A DNA stretch of 64,000 nt from the human T2T-CHM13v2.0 reference genome, Homo sapiens. The position numbers were made by a program, and so were the translations under genes. Positions 1-14,194 of this stretch are shown here, in pieces. The DNA is taken from the NCBI RefSeq assembly GCF_009914755.1, contig NC_060927.1. The stretch is one strand, 5' to 3'. The notes beneath the pieces were generated by a model. That model did not search any database. It saw only the letters and a program-made list of their open reading frames with translations, and was not told the DNA's origin. Position 1 is the first letter of the stretch. Each line of letters begins with the position of its first letter.

Positions 1-4
1 CCAC

Positions 5-205
<201 letters not shown>

Positions 206-534
206 TGAGAGTATCAATTTATTCCTTTATACATGCTGAATGGTACTCCATGGTTCTAGTTTTTGGCCATGAGCATTCATGTACAAGTGTCTATATGGAC
301 ATATATTTCTTTTTCTCTGGGGTAAATATCTAGGAGTAGAATGGCTGAATCATATGATAGATGTATGTTTAATTTTTAAAGAAACTGTTGAACTGTCTTC
401 CAAAGTAGTTGTACTATTTTACATTCCCCTAAGTGGTGACTCTGCCACATGCTTGCTAACCTTTGGCATGTTCCATTTTTAAAATTCCAACAGGTATGAA
501 GTATCTTACTGTCGGTTATTTTTTGAAAAATTTT

Positions 535-672
535 AAATTTTTATTAAAAAAATTAGAGAGAGGGTCTCAATATGTTACCCAGGCTGGTCTCAAACTGTTG
601 GGCTGAAGCAATCCTCCCACCTTGGCCTCCCAAAGTGTTAGGATTACAGGTATGAGCCACTGTGCTGGGCCC
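535..672 (-). mobile_element. Alu left monomer (FLAM-like)
   Basis: caggctggtctcaaac...cccaaagtg...gagccactgtgctgggcc. Confidence 0.8.
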
Positions 673-1217
673 TTATTGTGGTTTTAATGTGCATTTTCCT
701 TAGTGATTAATGATGCATTTTTCATGTGTTTATTTGTCATCTATCTTTTGGTGAAGTATCTGTTCAAAGCTTTTGTCCATTTAAAAAACAAAACAAGTAG
801 TTCATATGTTTTCTTACTGTTTAGTTTTGAGAGTTCTTTCTATATTATGGATATAGGACCTTTATCAAATATATGCTTGGCAATGATATTCTCCCAATCT
901 GTGCCTTGTTTCTTTAATTCTGTTAATGGTGTCTTATGAAGAGAAGTTTTAAATTTCAATAAAGCCAATATATCAAATTTTCCTTTTTGAATCATGCTTC
1001 TGGTATTGTATTCAAGAAAGGTCACAATATTTCTCCATTGTTTCCTTTTAGAAGTTTTATAGTTTTAGGTTTTGCATTTAGGCCTATGATCTACTTTGAG
1101 TTACATTTTGCATATGAAGTGAAGTATGGCTTCAAGTTCAATTGTTTGACATGTGAATAGCCAATTGCTCCAGTTTTTCTGCATTAACTGTATATCTCTG
1201 TCAATAATTAGTTTGCT

Positions 1218-1530
1218 ATACATGTGCTGTTAGGTGATTCTGGCACTGTGCACATGTCATTGAGTGTACCTACAGAAACTTAAATGGTATAGACTACTAC
1301 ATATGTAGGCTATGTGGTATACCCTATTGCTCTTAGGCTACAAATCTGTACAGCATGTTATTGTATTGAATACAGTAAGCAATTTTAATGCAATGGTAAG
1401 TTTTTGTATATGTAAACATATATAAATATAGAAAATGTTCAGTAAAAATATACCATTAAAATATTATGTGACCACTGTTGTATATATGGTCCAACACTGA
1501 CTGAAAATTCATTATGTGACACATGGCTGT
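1218..1530. mobile_element. Tigger3/MER7-like DNA transposon
   Basis: Recalled motif cctattgctcttaggctacaaatctgtacagcatgtta. Confidence 0.6.
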
Positions 1531-1872
1531 AATTACCATTTCCAGTGCTCTTAATTTCTTTATGTAGAGCCAGATTTCTCTCTGGTATCTTTTCCTGGCA
1601 TCATTTTAAACAGAAATGTTAAGTCTTTTACACCTTAAAGAACTTAACATTTCTGATTTACATTCCCACCAACAGTGTGTAAATGTTCCCTTTTCTCCAC
1701 ATCCTTGCTAACATCTGTTGTTTTTGACTTTGTAGTAATAGCCATTTTAACTGGTATAATATGATTATTTATTATGATTTTAAGTTACATTTCTCTGATG
1801 ATTAGTGATATTGAGCATTTTTCATTGTTTGTTGACCACTTGTATATATGTCTGTTCATGTTTCTTGCCCAC

Positions 1873-2170
1873 TTTTTTTTTTTTTTTGAGACAGGGTCTC
1901 ACTCGGCCACACAGGCTGGAGTGCAGTAGCATGAACATGCCTCACTGCAGCCTCAACCTCCTGAGCTCAAGTGATCGCCCCACCTCAGTCTCCCAAGTAG
2001 CTGGGACCACAGACAGGCATCAACATGCCTGGCTAATTTTTAAATTTTTTGTAGAGACCAGGTCTCACCATGTTGCCTAAGCTGGTCTCGAATTCCTGGG
2101 CTCAAGCAATCCTCCTGGCCTTGGCATTCCAAAGTGCTAAGATTACAGGCATGAGCCACAGCATCTGGCT
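1873..2170 (-). mobile_element. AluJ
   Basis: Full antisense dimer after poly-T; flanks ttgcccactttt repeated. Confidence 0.9.
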
Positions 2171-2587
2171 TTGCCCACTTTTTAATGGGGTTGTCTTTTT
2201 CTTCTTGAGTTGAGTTCCTTGTAGATTCTAGATATTAGCCCTTTGTTAGATGTATAGCTTGCAACTATTTTTTCCCATTCTATAGGCTGTTTACTGTTGA
2301 CTGTTTATTTTGCTGGGCAGGAGCTTGCAATATAGGCATGTAAATGTGCATTTTTACTCCCTCAATCTACACAAATAAAAAGAATTTAACATTTCTGCAA
2401 TGTTAAATCCTTTACAACTTTAAGGATTTAACATTTTTGGTAGTGCAAGTGTACTGGTGATCAAGTCTTTCAGCTTTTGTATGTCTGAAAAAGTCTTTTT
2501 TTTTTTTAACAATATTTTTTTGCCAGGTACAGAATTCTAGGTTGACAACTTTTTTTCCTTTCAGTACTTTAAAGCAAGATATCTTTG

Positions 2588-2878
2588 GCCGGGGGTGGTG
2601 GCTCATGCCTATAATCCTAGCACTTTGGGAGGCTGAGATGGGTGGATCACCTGGGGTCAGGAGTTCGAGACCAGCCTGGTAAACATGGTGAAACCCCATC
2701 TCTACCAAAAATACAAAAATTAGCTGAGCATGATGGCAGGCGCCTGTAATCCTAGCTACCTGGGAGGCTGAGGCAGGAGAATCACTTGAACCCGGGAGGC
2801 GGCAGTTGCAGAGATTGCGCCACTGCACTCCAGCCTGGGTGACAACAGCGAAACTCTGTCTCAAAAAAAAAAAAAAAA
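2588..2878 (+). mobile_element. AluS
   Basis: GGCCGGGGGTGGTGGCTCA start, A tail. Confidence 0.9.
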
Positions 2879-2952
2879 GGTATCTTCTTGCTTGCACTGT
2901 TCCTACTGAGCAATGTAATCTTTGTCTTTACGTAACATTTAAAAATTTTTTT

Positions 2953-3046
2953 ACACACCAACATGGCACATGTATACATATGTAACAAACATGCACCTTG
3001 TGCACATGTACCCTAGAACTTAAAGTATAATAAAAAGTATATATAT
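2953..3046 (+). mobile_element. Heavily 5'-truncated L1PA 3' end (~90 bp)
   Basis: cacaccaacatggcacatgtatacatatgtaacaaac...ccctagaacttaaagtataataa, flanked by direct repeat aaaaattttttt. Confidence 0.85.
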
Positions 3047-4803
3047 AAAAATTTTTTTTTGTTTTTAAGATTTTCACTGTATCACTGGTTTGACAATTTT
3101 GATTATGATATTCCTTGGCACAGTTTTTTCCATGTACCTTAACTGGTTTGGGCATGGGCTTATCATTTTTAGTTTGGAAAGTTTTCAGCCATTATTTTTC
3201 TCTACATCTCCTTCAGGGATTCCAAGTTTTCATTTACTGGGCCACTTACAGTCCCACAGCTCAGTAATGGTCTTTTCAAATATTTTTCTCTTTTTTCCCC
3301 TCTCTGTGACTCATTTTGTACAGTATCTACTAGTATGGCTTCACCTATATTAATCTTCCATCCAGCAAAGTCTAATCTGCTATTATTTTGATCAAGTATA
3401 TTTTTCACACCATACTTTGAAGTTTTTATCTCTAGGAGTTTGATTCAGGTATTTTTTTTTACATTTTTCATCTTTCTACTTGACTTTTTGAACATATAGA
3501 ATACAGTTATAATGACTGTTTTAATGCCCTTCTCTGCCAATTTTAACATCTATGTAATTTCTGGGTTGGTTTGACTGAATATCCTCCTCATTATGGGTCC
3601 TGTTTTCCTACTTCCATGCATGCCTTTAATATTTGATTAGCTGCTAGACATTGTGACTTTTACCTTGTTGGGTGCTGGATATTTTGATATTTCTTAAAAT
3701 TTTGAGTCTTTTTTTGGGATGCTGTTAAATTACATGAAAACATTTTAATCTTTTTTTGACTCTTGATTTTATAATTTGTTTGGCAGAATGGAGCCGTCTA
3801 GGCTAATCATAATCTACTATTAAGGGAAGGTCTTCCTGAGTACTCTTCACAATACCCTGTGAATTATGAGTTTCTCCAGCATATTTGATGGGAACAGATA
3901 CTATTCCTGGACCTATGTGAGTTCCAGACACACTTCCGTCTTACCTTTTCAGATGACTCGATAATTTGGCTTTGGATAATTTCCTCACATGTACATGCTG
4001 ATTAGTATTCTGGAGAATACTCAAGGGGTAGATTCTGTAGATATCTGGGGTTCTCTCTCTTTGCAGCTCTCTTTACTCAGGTACTCTGTTCTATGAAGTC
4101 TAGTTCCCTTGGTGTCACCTGACTCTCAGTGCCATCTCCTTAACTCAAGGATTCTAAAGAGCTCTTCTCTGTTCTCTTCCTTGAGCTATGGCCTAGAAAC
4201 TCTTTCAAGACAGTAAGCTGGGGTAATTATAGGGCTTGCTTCGTTCCCTCTCAGAGATTATTGTTCTTTGTTGTCTGATGTCCAGGGTCTTGAAAACGAT
4301 TTCATGCATTTTATCTGCTTGTTTCTTTTTCTGGTTGTTTCAGGCAGGAAGTAAATCTAGTCCCTGTTACTCCATCTTGGCCAGAAACTAATGTCAGAAC
4401 TTTTTCCATTGTCTACCTCTTTATGGTAATCACAGAGGGCCTGATATAGAAGGGTAGTCTTTTCCTCCTCTCTTTCTCCACAGACTCCATTAGGTTTTAG
4501 GTCCCTAAATCCAGATTAGCAGAAGCAGAAAGTAAGAGGGCTTATTTACACTTCCTAGACTAAGCTTTGCTATCCAATTCAGGTTTTACCATTGCTGTGT
4601 TCCAGTGGTTACCAGATACATGCTCAGCTACTAATATATTTGTACTTCATTTCCATTTGTACAGTAGTTTTTGTTTGTTTGTTACAAAAAGTCCTTTCAT
4701 TTTGGATGCTCTGGAGGAATGAAAGGGTGAATGATAGGACTCCCTAAATATCACATCAAGCCTCTAACATCAGTTATCCAGAACCTTCAAATTTTAGAAG
4801 TCT

Positions 4804-4826
4804 GTGTGTGTATCTGTGTGTGTGTA

Positions 4827-4863
<37 letters not shown>
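4804..4863. repeat. Compound (TG)n(AG)n microsatellite
   Basis: Visible in sequence. Confidence 0.95.
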
Positions 4864-5593
4864 ATGAACTCAGGCACAAACACCACCACCACAATCACAA
4901 CAAAACTCGTGAAAAGTACCAAGATACACTATGAGTGCTTGGTTCAAATGAGGGAATAATTCTGATAGATTGAAATGTATAAACTGCTAACTTTCTCCAT
5001 AAAATTACATAAGTGTGAAAGCACGGGAGAAGCAGTAAGAGAAAAGAAAGTAGAGGTAATCAGCAAAGGTGCAGGTGATTAAAATTAATGACAGGAGTGG
5101 TGAGTTACTCCCAAGGCAGAAAGGGAAATGACCTTTGAAGACACATAGGAGTAGATGGTCAAGAATTCAGGTGGGAGAAGAGAATAACAGGTGACCTGCC
5201 ATCCTGTGGTCATAGAAAGTCAAAGATATGGACATTTCTATTGGGATAAAGGTGCTAGCAGTATTATTGTGGTAAGATCATAAGAGGCAAATAGTCAAAT
5301 GCTATATCTTATTGGCTTCTGGAGGTACATTAGTAGTCCAACAAATGTAAGAATGAATAATCATTGATTGACAGTTACATATACTCTTTCTGGAAGGTTC
5401 AAAATAGTCCAAGTTTTACCGTACTATTGCAAAAGAAGCAATGAACAAGTCTTATTGACATAGTATGGGAAAAAACTGATTTAAAGCAGAGTCTCCTTCA
5501 CTACTGACTATACCTCTATGGCTATGTAACTAGAAAAAGATATACCATTACTTCTATGGTAAAGCCAATGCATTACCTTATACCAGCAATAAA

Positions 5594-5594
5594 T

Positions 5595-5627
<33 letters not shown>

Positions 5628-5646
5628 ATATGTGTGTGTGTGTACA
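5594..5646. repeat. (CA)n followed by inverted (TG)n microsatellite
   Basis: tgtacaca...acaatatatgtgtgtgtgtgtaca. Confidence 0.95.
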
Positions 5647-5704
5647 GTTATCAATATCATGCATTGGAATAATGTAATACTGATATGGTACAGAAGCTTC
5701 ATAC

Positions 5705-5836
5705 CAAATGTCTTCTGACATAGTCATCCACTCGTTTCTTCAGTTCAACTCGGCGTGCATCAGTGAGTTCTTGGAGTCCTCGCCAAGGAGCAAATAGTTT
5801 CTTTTTCTTACGGCACTTCGCTAGGAATTTAAGCGC
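5705..5836 (-). CDS. IQCB1: IQCB1 exon 13 (132 nt)
   Basis: ALKFLAKCRKKKKLFAPWRGLQELTDARRVELKKRVDDYVRRHL; ttccag| and |gtatga. Confidence 0.96.
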
Positions 5837-6407
5837 CTGGAAGAAAAAAAATTGAAGGTTTGTGATTTTTCTCCCCTAACTAATAGAACTATTTTCTCAC
5901 TACAACATATGGTAGTGATCACATTGCAATAATGATTAACTCTGAGTGTGTATAAGGAGGGGAATGGGACTGTGACAAAATGCAGGAGAACAGTGACTTT
6001 TAAAATATACAGTCTTCTGTAGTGCTTTTTACAAGGATATAGTCACGTATTATTTGTGCAGTAAGCAATGAAGAGGAAAAAAAAGCAATAGATTCTAGTC
6101 TCAATTCTAGTCCCTTATAAACTATGATTCTGGGCAAGGCACTTGATCTCTAGAGGACAGGTTCTATGTCTATAGAAAAAAGGGGTCTTAATTCTACACA
6201 GCCTAGATGATTGTAAACACCAAGGAGACAGTATATTTCTGTCTGAATTCCTTCTCATGTCCTTCAGAATGGACTCTGGTAAAAAGAAATTTTGTAATAG
6301 GCATTATATGGGACAAATTTGCAATTATTCTTTCCAATTGTTTTCACTCTGCTCATGTCTTCGTAGTTTTTATTTTCATCAAAGTTACATGTTCACATTG
6401 TTTAAAG

Positions 6408-7075
6408 CAGGGGTCAGCAAATCATGGCCCACAGGCCAAATCCAGCCTGCTGCCTGTTTTCATAGGGCTTGAGAGCTAAAAATGTGTGTGTGATTTTGTT
6501 TTTGTTTTTTTTGTTTTGTTTTGTTTTTCATTTTACATTGTTAATTTAAAGGGAAAAGAATATTTAGTGGCACGTAAAATTATAAAAGAATATTTAGTGG
6601 CATGTAAAATTATATGAGATTCAAAATCTAATGTTTACAAATAACATTTTTTTTTTTTGAGATGGAGTCTCGCTCTGTCACCAGGCTGGAGTGCAGTGGC
6701 ACAATCCCAGCTCACTGCAACCTCCACCCCGCCAGGTTCAAGCAATTCCCCTGCCTCAGCCCCCTGAGTAGCTGGGATTACAGGCATGCACCACCACGCC
6801 CAGCTAATTTTTGTATTTTTTAGTAGAGATGGGATTTCACCATGTTAGCCAGGCTGTGATCTCTTGACCTTGTGATCTGCCCGCCTCGGCCTCCCAAAGA
6901 GCTGGGATTACAGACGTGAGCCATCGCGTCCCACCTCTACAAATAACATTTTATTGGAAGACAGCCATGCTCATTGGCTGCTTTTGTGCTATAACTGAAT
7001 ACATGTGACACACTACATGACCTGCAAAGCCTAAAATGTTTTATTATATAGCCCTTCCCTGAAAAGTTTGCTGAT
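6408..7075. mobile_element. MER58B-like hAT element split by an Alu
   Basis: caggggtcagcaaa...ggccaaatccagcctgc start; aaagtttgctga end. Confidence 0.65.
6647..6935 (-). mobile_element. AluS (Sc-like)
   Basis: Antisense dimer; TSD tacaaataacatttt on both sides. Confidence 0.9.
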
Positions 7076-8150
7076 GTAACTCTATTGTTTAATGTGTCAG
7101 TTTTGTAAGAATTACTAGAATGCGATTGTTTAATTTGTCAGTTTCATAAGAATTACTAGAATTCTTACTAGAGTTACCCACTTACCCTGTCCCCTGATTC
7201 AAGGGCAACAATTTAATTCAGGTTATTCTTTTGATATTTAGCTCCATCTATTTTTCTGTGATTTTTTTTTCAGATATAGGTATCATCTATTGATTTTCTT
7301 GTATGAAAGGTATGAATTTAGCTATCTTTCACTGTTTCTACTCCCCATCCATCCTATATTATTACATCATAATTTTAGTTAAATTAATGTTCAATGTTTA
7401 CAAAATTATGACCACATAAAGGCTATTCACTTTTGAACAATATAGTACACTATAATTACTTTTCCTTCCTTGCACATTTTTATTTTCTCTGGAATTATTA
7501 ATTCTCTTTTCTCCCATGCTTTGTTTTCCATACTACCGATTATATTTTACAAACTCTGCCCTAATTTTCTACACATTAAAATACAGCAGCCATTCTATCA
7601 AATTCATTTTCTTGGACACATTTTCTCGAGCTTCCTGACCTGCTGTAATTTGGATTGACTGCTCTCTATACCTTGGGCATAGCTGTCATCCTGTGGTCTC
7701 CATTCACCATCATCTCGGTGACTACTTTTCATCTTTCCCTTGTGTTTCTTGGATTCCATGTTGCCTTCCTTCTCATGTTATTCCCTCTTATCTAAAAATG
7801 TCTTTGGTCTGTCCTTATCTTTAATTAATAATTTGGTTGGGTATAGAATTCTAGTTGGAAATCATTTTCCTTCAAATATGTGACAATCTTACTTCAATAC
7901 TTTTTAGCTTCCAATGTTCCTGTCAAGAAGTCCTTTTGTTCCTAGTATATCTTACAGTATTATGAAACAAATGTAGAAGTGTTTCTGTCACTGTATTGGA
8001 CACTTAATTGGTCCCCTTAATCTAAAATTCATGACATTCACTTCTTGGAAATCTTAAGTTATTTGATTTTCCATCTTCTGTTTTTTCTTGTTCTTGATTT
8101 CAAATGTTTGGCTGTTTGACCTCCTAGACTGGTAGTCTTTTCTATCCATC

Positions 8151-8298
8151 TTTTTTTTTTTTTAATTAAAGATTCTACCTTTTTTTCTTTTTCTAATGAT
8201 ATTTCATATGTTGACCAGGCTGGCCTAGAACTCCTGAGCTAATGCCATCCTGCTGCCTTAGCCTTCTGAGTAGCTGGGATTACAGGTGTGTGCCACTG
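8151..8298 (-). mobile_element. Degenerate Alu monomer
   Basis: caggctggcctagaactcctgagc...gtagctgggattacagg. Confidence 0.7.
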
Positions 8299-8635
8299 GC
8301 AAAATCTTTTTTCCTTGCTTTCTGTGAGATTTCTTTAACTTTTCCCCCACAGTCCTTTTATTAGTCTTTCAGTTTTCCCTGTCAAATTTTATTCTGTGTG
8401 CTCCATTTTATACGGTATCTTGGTTTTGTTTCATATATTACCTTTCCTTATCTCTCTGAGGATATTAATAACAGATTAAAAAAATTTTTTCCTTATACCT
8501 GCAATGTTTATATTCTATCAAATAGTTTTATTCCATTTGTTTTGTCTTTGGCTTTCCTTAGATATTCAGCGATACTTATCTTTCAGCTGATATTTAAGAG
8601 TGGGCACTAAGAAGCGGTTTAGAAAATTTCCCTAG

Positions 8636-8936
<301 letters not shown>

Positions 8937-9217
8937 TTGTTTTCAGTATGGTACTTGAGTTTTCAACTGTGCTTGCATCATTCTGTTGAGACTCTCTTCT
9001 TTCTTTCTATTCTCCCCTTTCCTTGATTTTTCTCTTTTAGCAAATTTCCCCAATTTTTAGCTCCTGGAGAAACAATGCCTCTGTTTTTGCATCAAGTAAG
9101 AGAGAAACAGAAGGTGGATAACTGTTCTGGCCTTTCTTTTCCTGCCAAGGACACTAATAACCAGTTCTTCCTGAGGGACACACTCATTGAAAGGATATTC
9201 CTACTCCTTTATGTTAC

Positions 9218-9433
9218 TTTTTTTTTTTTTTGAGGCAGGGTCTTATTCCTATTACCCAGGCTAGAGTGCAGTGGTGTGATCACAGCTCACTGCAGCCTCA
9301 ACTTCCCAGGCTCAGGTGATTTTCCCCCACTTCAGTTTTCAGAGTAGCTGGGACTACCAGTACATGCTACCACGCCTGGCTAATTTTTGTATTTTTAGTA
9401 GAGATGAGGTTTTGCGACATTGCCCAGGCTGGT
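9218..9433 (-). mobile_element. Partial AluJ
   Basis: Poly-T, right arm and part of left arm. Confidence 0.85.
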
Positions 9434-9497
9434 ATATTACTTTCAATGAGGCTAATGAATTATTTCCCATTTTTTTCTTAGCAAGATCAGTTGCAGT

Positions 9498-9755
9498 GCC
9501 AACAGAAATGTAAGGTGAGTCATATATGTAATTTTAAATTTTCTAGTAGTCACATTAAGAAAATAAAAAATGGGCGAAACAATATTTACTCAGTTATATA
9601 AAACATACAACAATATACACAAAATATTAGTATTTCATCATGTAATCAATATAAAAAAGTATTACTGAGATACTTTACACTTCTTTTTCATGCTACATTT
9701 TCAAAATCTGGTGGGTATTTTACACTTACAACACATTTCAATTTGGACTAGCTAC
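9498..9755. mobile_element. MER33-like hAT element
   Basis: agaaatgtaaggtgagtcatatatgtaattttaaattttctagtagtcacatt. Confidence 0.55.
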
Positions 9756-9848
9756 ATGTCAAGTTCTCCATAGCCAGCTACGTATGCTTAACGATTATTT
9801 TATTGAACAGTGCAGATCTCTAGTGTGTCTTAGAAAAGGATACTTTTA

Positions 9849-10232
<384 letters not shown>

Positions 10233-10335
10233 TTATTGACTATTGCCTTGTTTTAATTTTCTCTATTTTTCTATTTATTTTCTCAGTGTACTTTCCCATT
10301 TTTCTTTCTCTTTTCCTTCTTTGAAAGTAATTCTT

Positions 10336-10497
10336 GGCCAGGCATGGTGGTTCATGCCTATAATCTCAGCACTTAGGGAGGCTGAGGCAGGAGGATCACT
10401 TTAGCCCAGGAGTTCAAGGCTGTGATGAACTATGAACACACCACTGTACTCCAGCCTGGGTGACAGAGTGAGACCATGTCTCTTAAAAAAAAAAAAA
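10336..10497 (+). mobile_element. Alu monomer (FRAM/FLAM-like)
   Basis: ggccaggcatggtggttca...gtgagaccatgtctc and A tail. Confidence 0.8.
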
Positions 10498-11457
10498 GTA
10501 ACCCTCTTATTTCCTTTTCCATTTTGGCTAACTTTGCTTTGACTTCATCTTATTTTTATTAATGAGATGCAAAGACTATAAACATGACCTTGACCCATCC
10601 CTTTTTGCTCTTAAACAGAGACTCATTCCTTTTCTTAGCTAGAGGAGATATGAGGCAAATGTGACTAATCTTCCTTTCGTGCCAATGGAAAGTATAAAAG
10701 CCAAAACAACTTTGCCTTCGTAGCCTTCAGATATGTTCCTATGATGACCCCTACTTTTTTCTCTAAGAAATGGTAGGCAAACCAGGATATTTCACTTTAC
10801 AGTACAGGATACTTTTACAAAGTATTGGGGTCATCTAAATCAGGCAAGGTAGTAAGTCAACCTAATAAGGACCCAGCTATTTCTATGACAGGGAAGACTT
10901 TAAAAAGGAGGTATTTATGAGGTAAAAGTATTAGAAAGAAGCCAAAGCTTCCTCCAAAGGAAGTGTCTCCAACCCTAATATCAACTGGTTAACCCCTTAG
11001 ATGGCTTTGTTTAGCAGAAGGTAAAAATCAGGAGTACGTGTGATACAGTGATGGTGCAGGACTGTTTGTTGCAGACACAATCTGAGATCCCCAGAAGAGC
11101 CTGAAGAAGGAGTAGGAGACAGGCATCTCTTCCTGTTTCTCTAGTATTTATTCTACAACGTTTTTTGGATGATTAAAAAAAAAAAAACTTTGTAAAAAGT
11201 TAATCACAGAGACTGTTCAAAATCTATCACAGTAGAAAACTGAAATTGACCTAAAAATTCAGTAAGGGATTGTTAAGCTAAATGCTATAGGACCTGAAAT
11301 CCTAATATGAAAGTTAACCATGTATAAGAGAACAACTGGATGTTAGGAAAACTGGTCATTAAATTTAAAAAACCACCTCGTACTATGCTTTTCCAAGGCA
11401 ACAAAATAGTACTATGCTCTAGAGAGATCACAGAAAGATTGCTATTTAAGAATAAGA

Positions 11458-11757
<300 letters not shown>

Positions 11758-12268
11758 CTACAATTAAAATGTTATAATGATCTAAATATACCTAATATCT
11801 CATCTGTGCATTAAAAAAATCAAATATCACATGCTGCACTTGCACAGAACTTTGTAATTTACAAAATACATTCCCATAAATTAGGGTATCTGATCCACAT
11901 AACAACTGAGTGAAAAGGGTAAGGGTAAACATCTATTCATACATCAAGCACATGTGATGAGCTGACAACAATAAGACTTAGCTCCTTATTCTTGAAGAAC
12001 TCACAGCCCAAGTAAGAAGGGAAATAATTAACAAAACAACATTGCAGTATAGTAAATGATGTACAAGGTTCTAAGGCAGTACTAAGGACTGAGTGTCTAA
12101 ATCAGCTCGGCCAGAGGTAAGGGGTTTTTCTTTTACAAAAGAAAAAACTAAGGCTCAAGAAAACTAAGTGTCTTGACCAAGGCTTTACAACAGGTAATTA
12201 GCAAAGTCAGTTTTGAACTCATGTTTTTGCCTCTTGATTCAGAGCTCTTTTCACTACATTAGACTCAC

Positions 12269-12417
12269 TGCTCTTTGAAGTGTGACAGCTGCTTTATACT
12301 CTATGAGAGACTGCCTCTGTTGGTGAAAATTTTTCCTTTCCCTGTACCCTCTCCAATGTTTCTGGATATTCAGTGCTGATTTCTCTTCCATTTCCCGATA
12401 GTGTTTCTCCACCTGAC
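12269..12417 (-). CDS. IQCB1: IQCB1 exon 12 (149 nt), IQ motif
   Basis: QVEKHYREMEEKSALNIQKHWRGYRERKNFHQQRQSLIEYKAAVTLQRA; ttttag| and |gtgagt. Confidence 0.96.
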
Positions 12418-14051
12418 CTAAAAAGATGATAGACACTATTACAACATACTCACTGCCATGCTTTCTTAAGTTCTGGAATCAGGACAATGATAATAATAAT
12501 CTTGCATTCTTTTTGTCAATATTGTTCACTAATTTTCCCAATTCTATTATTTTACCATGGTTCTAAGATTTTAGAAACAAAGCTTTCCCAGATTATGCAG
12601 CTTCTTCACAGAAAGAACTCATATAATATTTTTGTGGTAGAGTAATAAGAAAATGGCTGAAAATCCAATACAAAGAACACTAAAAAAAAAAAAAAAAATT
12701 CCTAAGTACATGATTAAGAAGTCATTCAGTACCACCAGAGGGAAAGGGCAAAATGTGTGTATGTGTTCTCTACTCTACATGCTTCCAAATTTCTCTTAAG
12801 TCACTCAGTCAGTTATACAGATGACTTTCTTTTTGCTTTCTTGGAGTTGCTCAGCATACAGCCCAGGGTTCACAGTACATATGTGACAGAATAAGGCAGT
12901 AGAATTGTTAATAAAAAGGGGGGCGTATTTGGGGAAGTATAAGAAACTGATATAATTTAATGATCAACTGGATACGGAGGTAAAAGAGGGAAAGGACTCT
13001 AGGATGTCTCAAATGGGAAACTGAGTAAGTTGTTGGTGCCATTACCTGAGATGGGGAATAAAGGAAAAGGAAATCTGAGGGGTAAGATAATGACTTTGGT
13101 GTTTGGGATGCCTGTGGATATCCAGGTAAAGCTGGATCCAATAGGCAGTTGGCTACAGAGGTGTGTTATTCAATAGAGTAGAAACTATCCACAAGTGGCT
13201 ACTTGGGTTAAAATAAAGTAAAATTAAAATTCAGGTCCTTCAGTGCACTAGCCATATTTCAAATACTCAATAGCCATCTCTAGCCACTGGCTACCCTACT
13301 GGATGGTACAGATATACAACCTTTCATTTTTGTAAAAATTTATCTTGGGCAATTTTGCTCTAAGAGCTTAGGAGAGTAGGTGAAGATGGAGACCAGATTT
13401 GAGACTGCTCAGCACTCAGCTGAGAGTTGAGCTGCAGTTATGGATGGATACCCCAGGAAGAGAAAAATGACAGGAATAAGGTGAGGATGGAACCCTAGAA
13501 AACATCTATATTTAATGGAGATGAAGTGAAATAAAGGGCTAGTGAAGGACCCTGGATTGAATAACAAGAAGACAGGTAAAATAATTTGAAGATAATATTG
13601 AAACCACTAAGACCTCTCAGACCACATCTTCTTATTAATTTCAGCTTAGTCTGTCAAAGGCGGCAAGAAGATGTCACAACATTTGTACTAAGGAATGAGT
13701 TAAACTCTGATGGCAGAATGTAATAATATTCCAACTCCTTGTTTCAGTTCAAGAAGTATCTTTGTGTCTCTAACAGCTATCTTTATGCATACATTTTTAT
13801 GTTTCACTAAATTATCTGAAGGATAAGAAAAAAAACTGGTGGGGAGATTGTTCATCGTCAACTAATAGGTCTGAATTGAAAAAACAGTAACCGTTTTTGA
13901 ACTCAGAAGATCTAATAAAGTTTATCTGAAAAACAGAGAAAAAGGACAAAAGTCCAAATTTTAAAAAAAATCATCACGTAGCTAGAAAAGTTGGTTTGTT
14001 AAAAGATAACCTAAATATTCTTATATTGATAAAGTTGATACTGCCACTCAC

Positions 14052-14194
14052 CTGGATGAACTATTTCGAGCATACTCAGCTGCAATTCTCGGGAAAGTCT
14101 CATGGCTCTCTGTCTTTGAAGTTGCAATTGTAATTTGAGGTCCTCTTCTTCCTTCTGCCTATTTATCTCCAGCAACATCTTTGATCGTTTGGAT
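14052..14194 (-). CDS. IQCB1: IQCB1 exon 11 (143 nt), coiled-coil region
   Basis: SKRSKMLLEINRQKEEEDLKLQLQLQRQRAMRLSRELQLSMLEIVHP; tcacag| and |gtgagt. Confidence 0.96.

Noticed and set aside
2412-2897. 161-aa ORF and similar ORFs (e.g. 11474, 15779, 16449, 27050, 48970, 54964)
   Set aside because: Translations of Alu sequence
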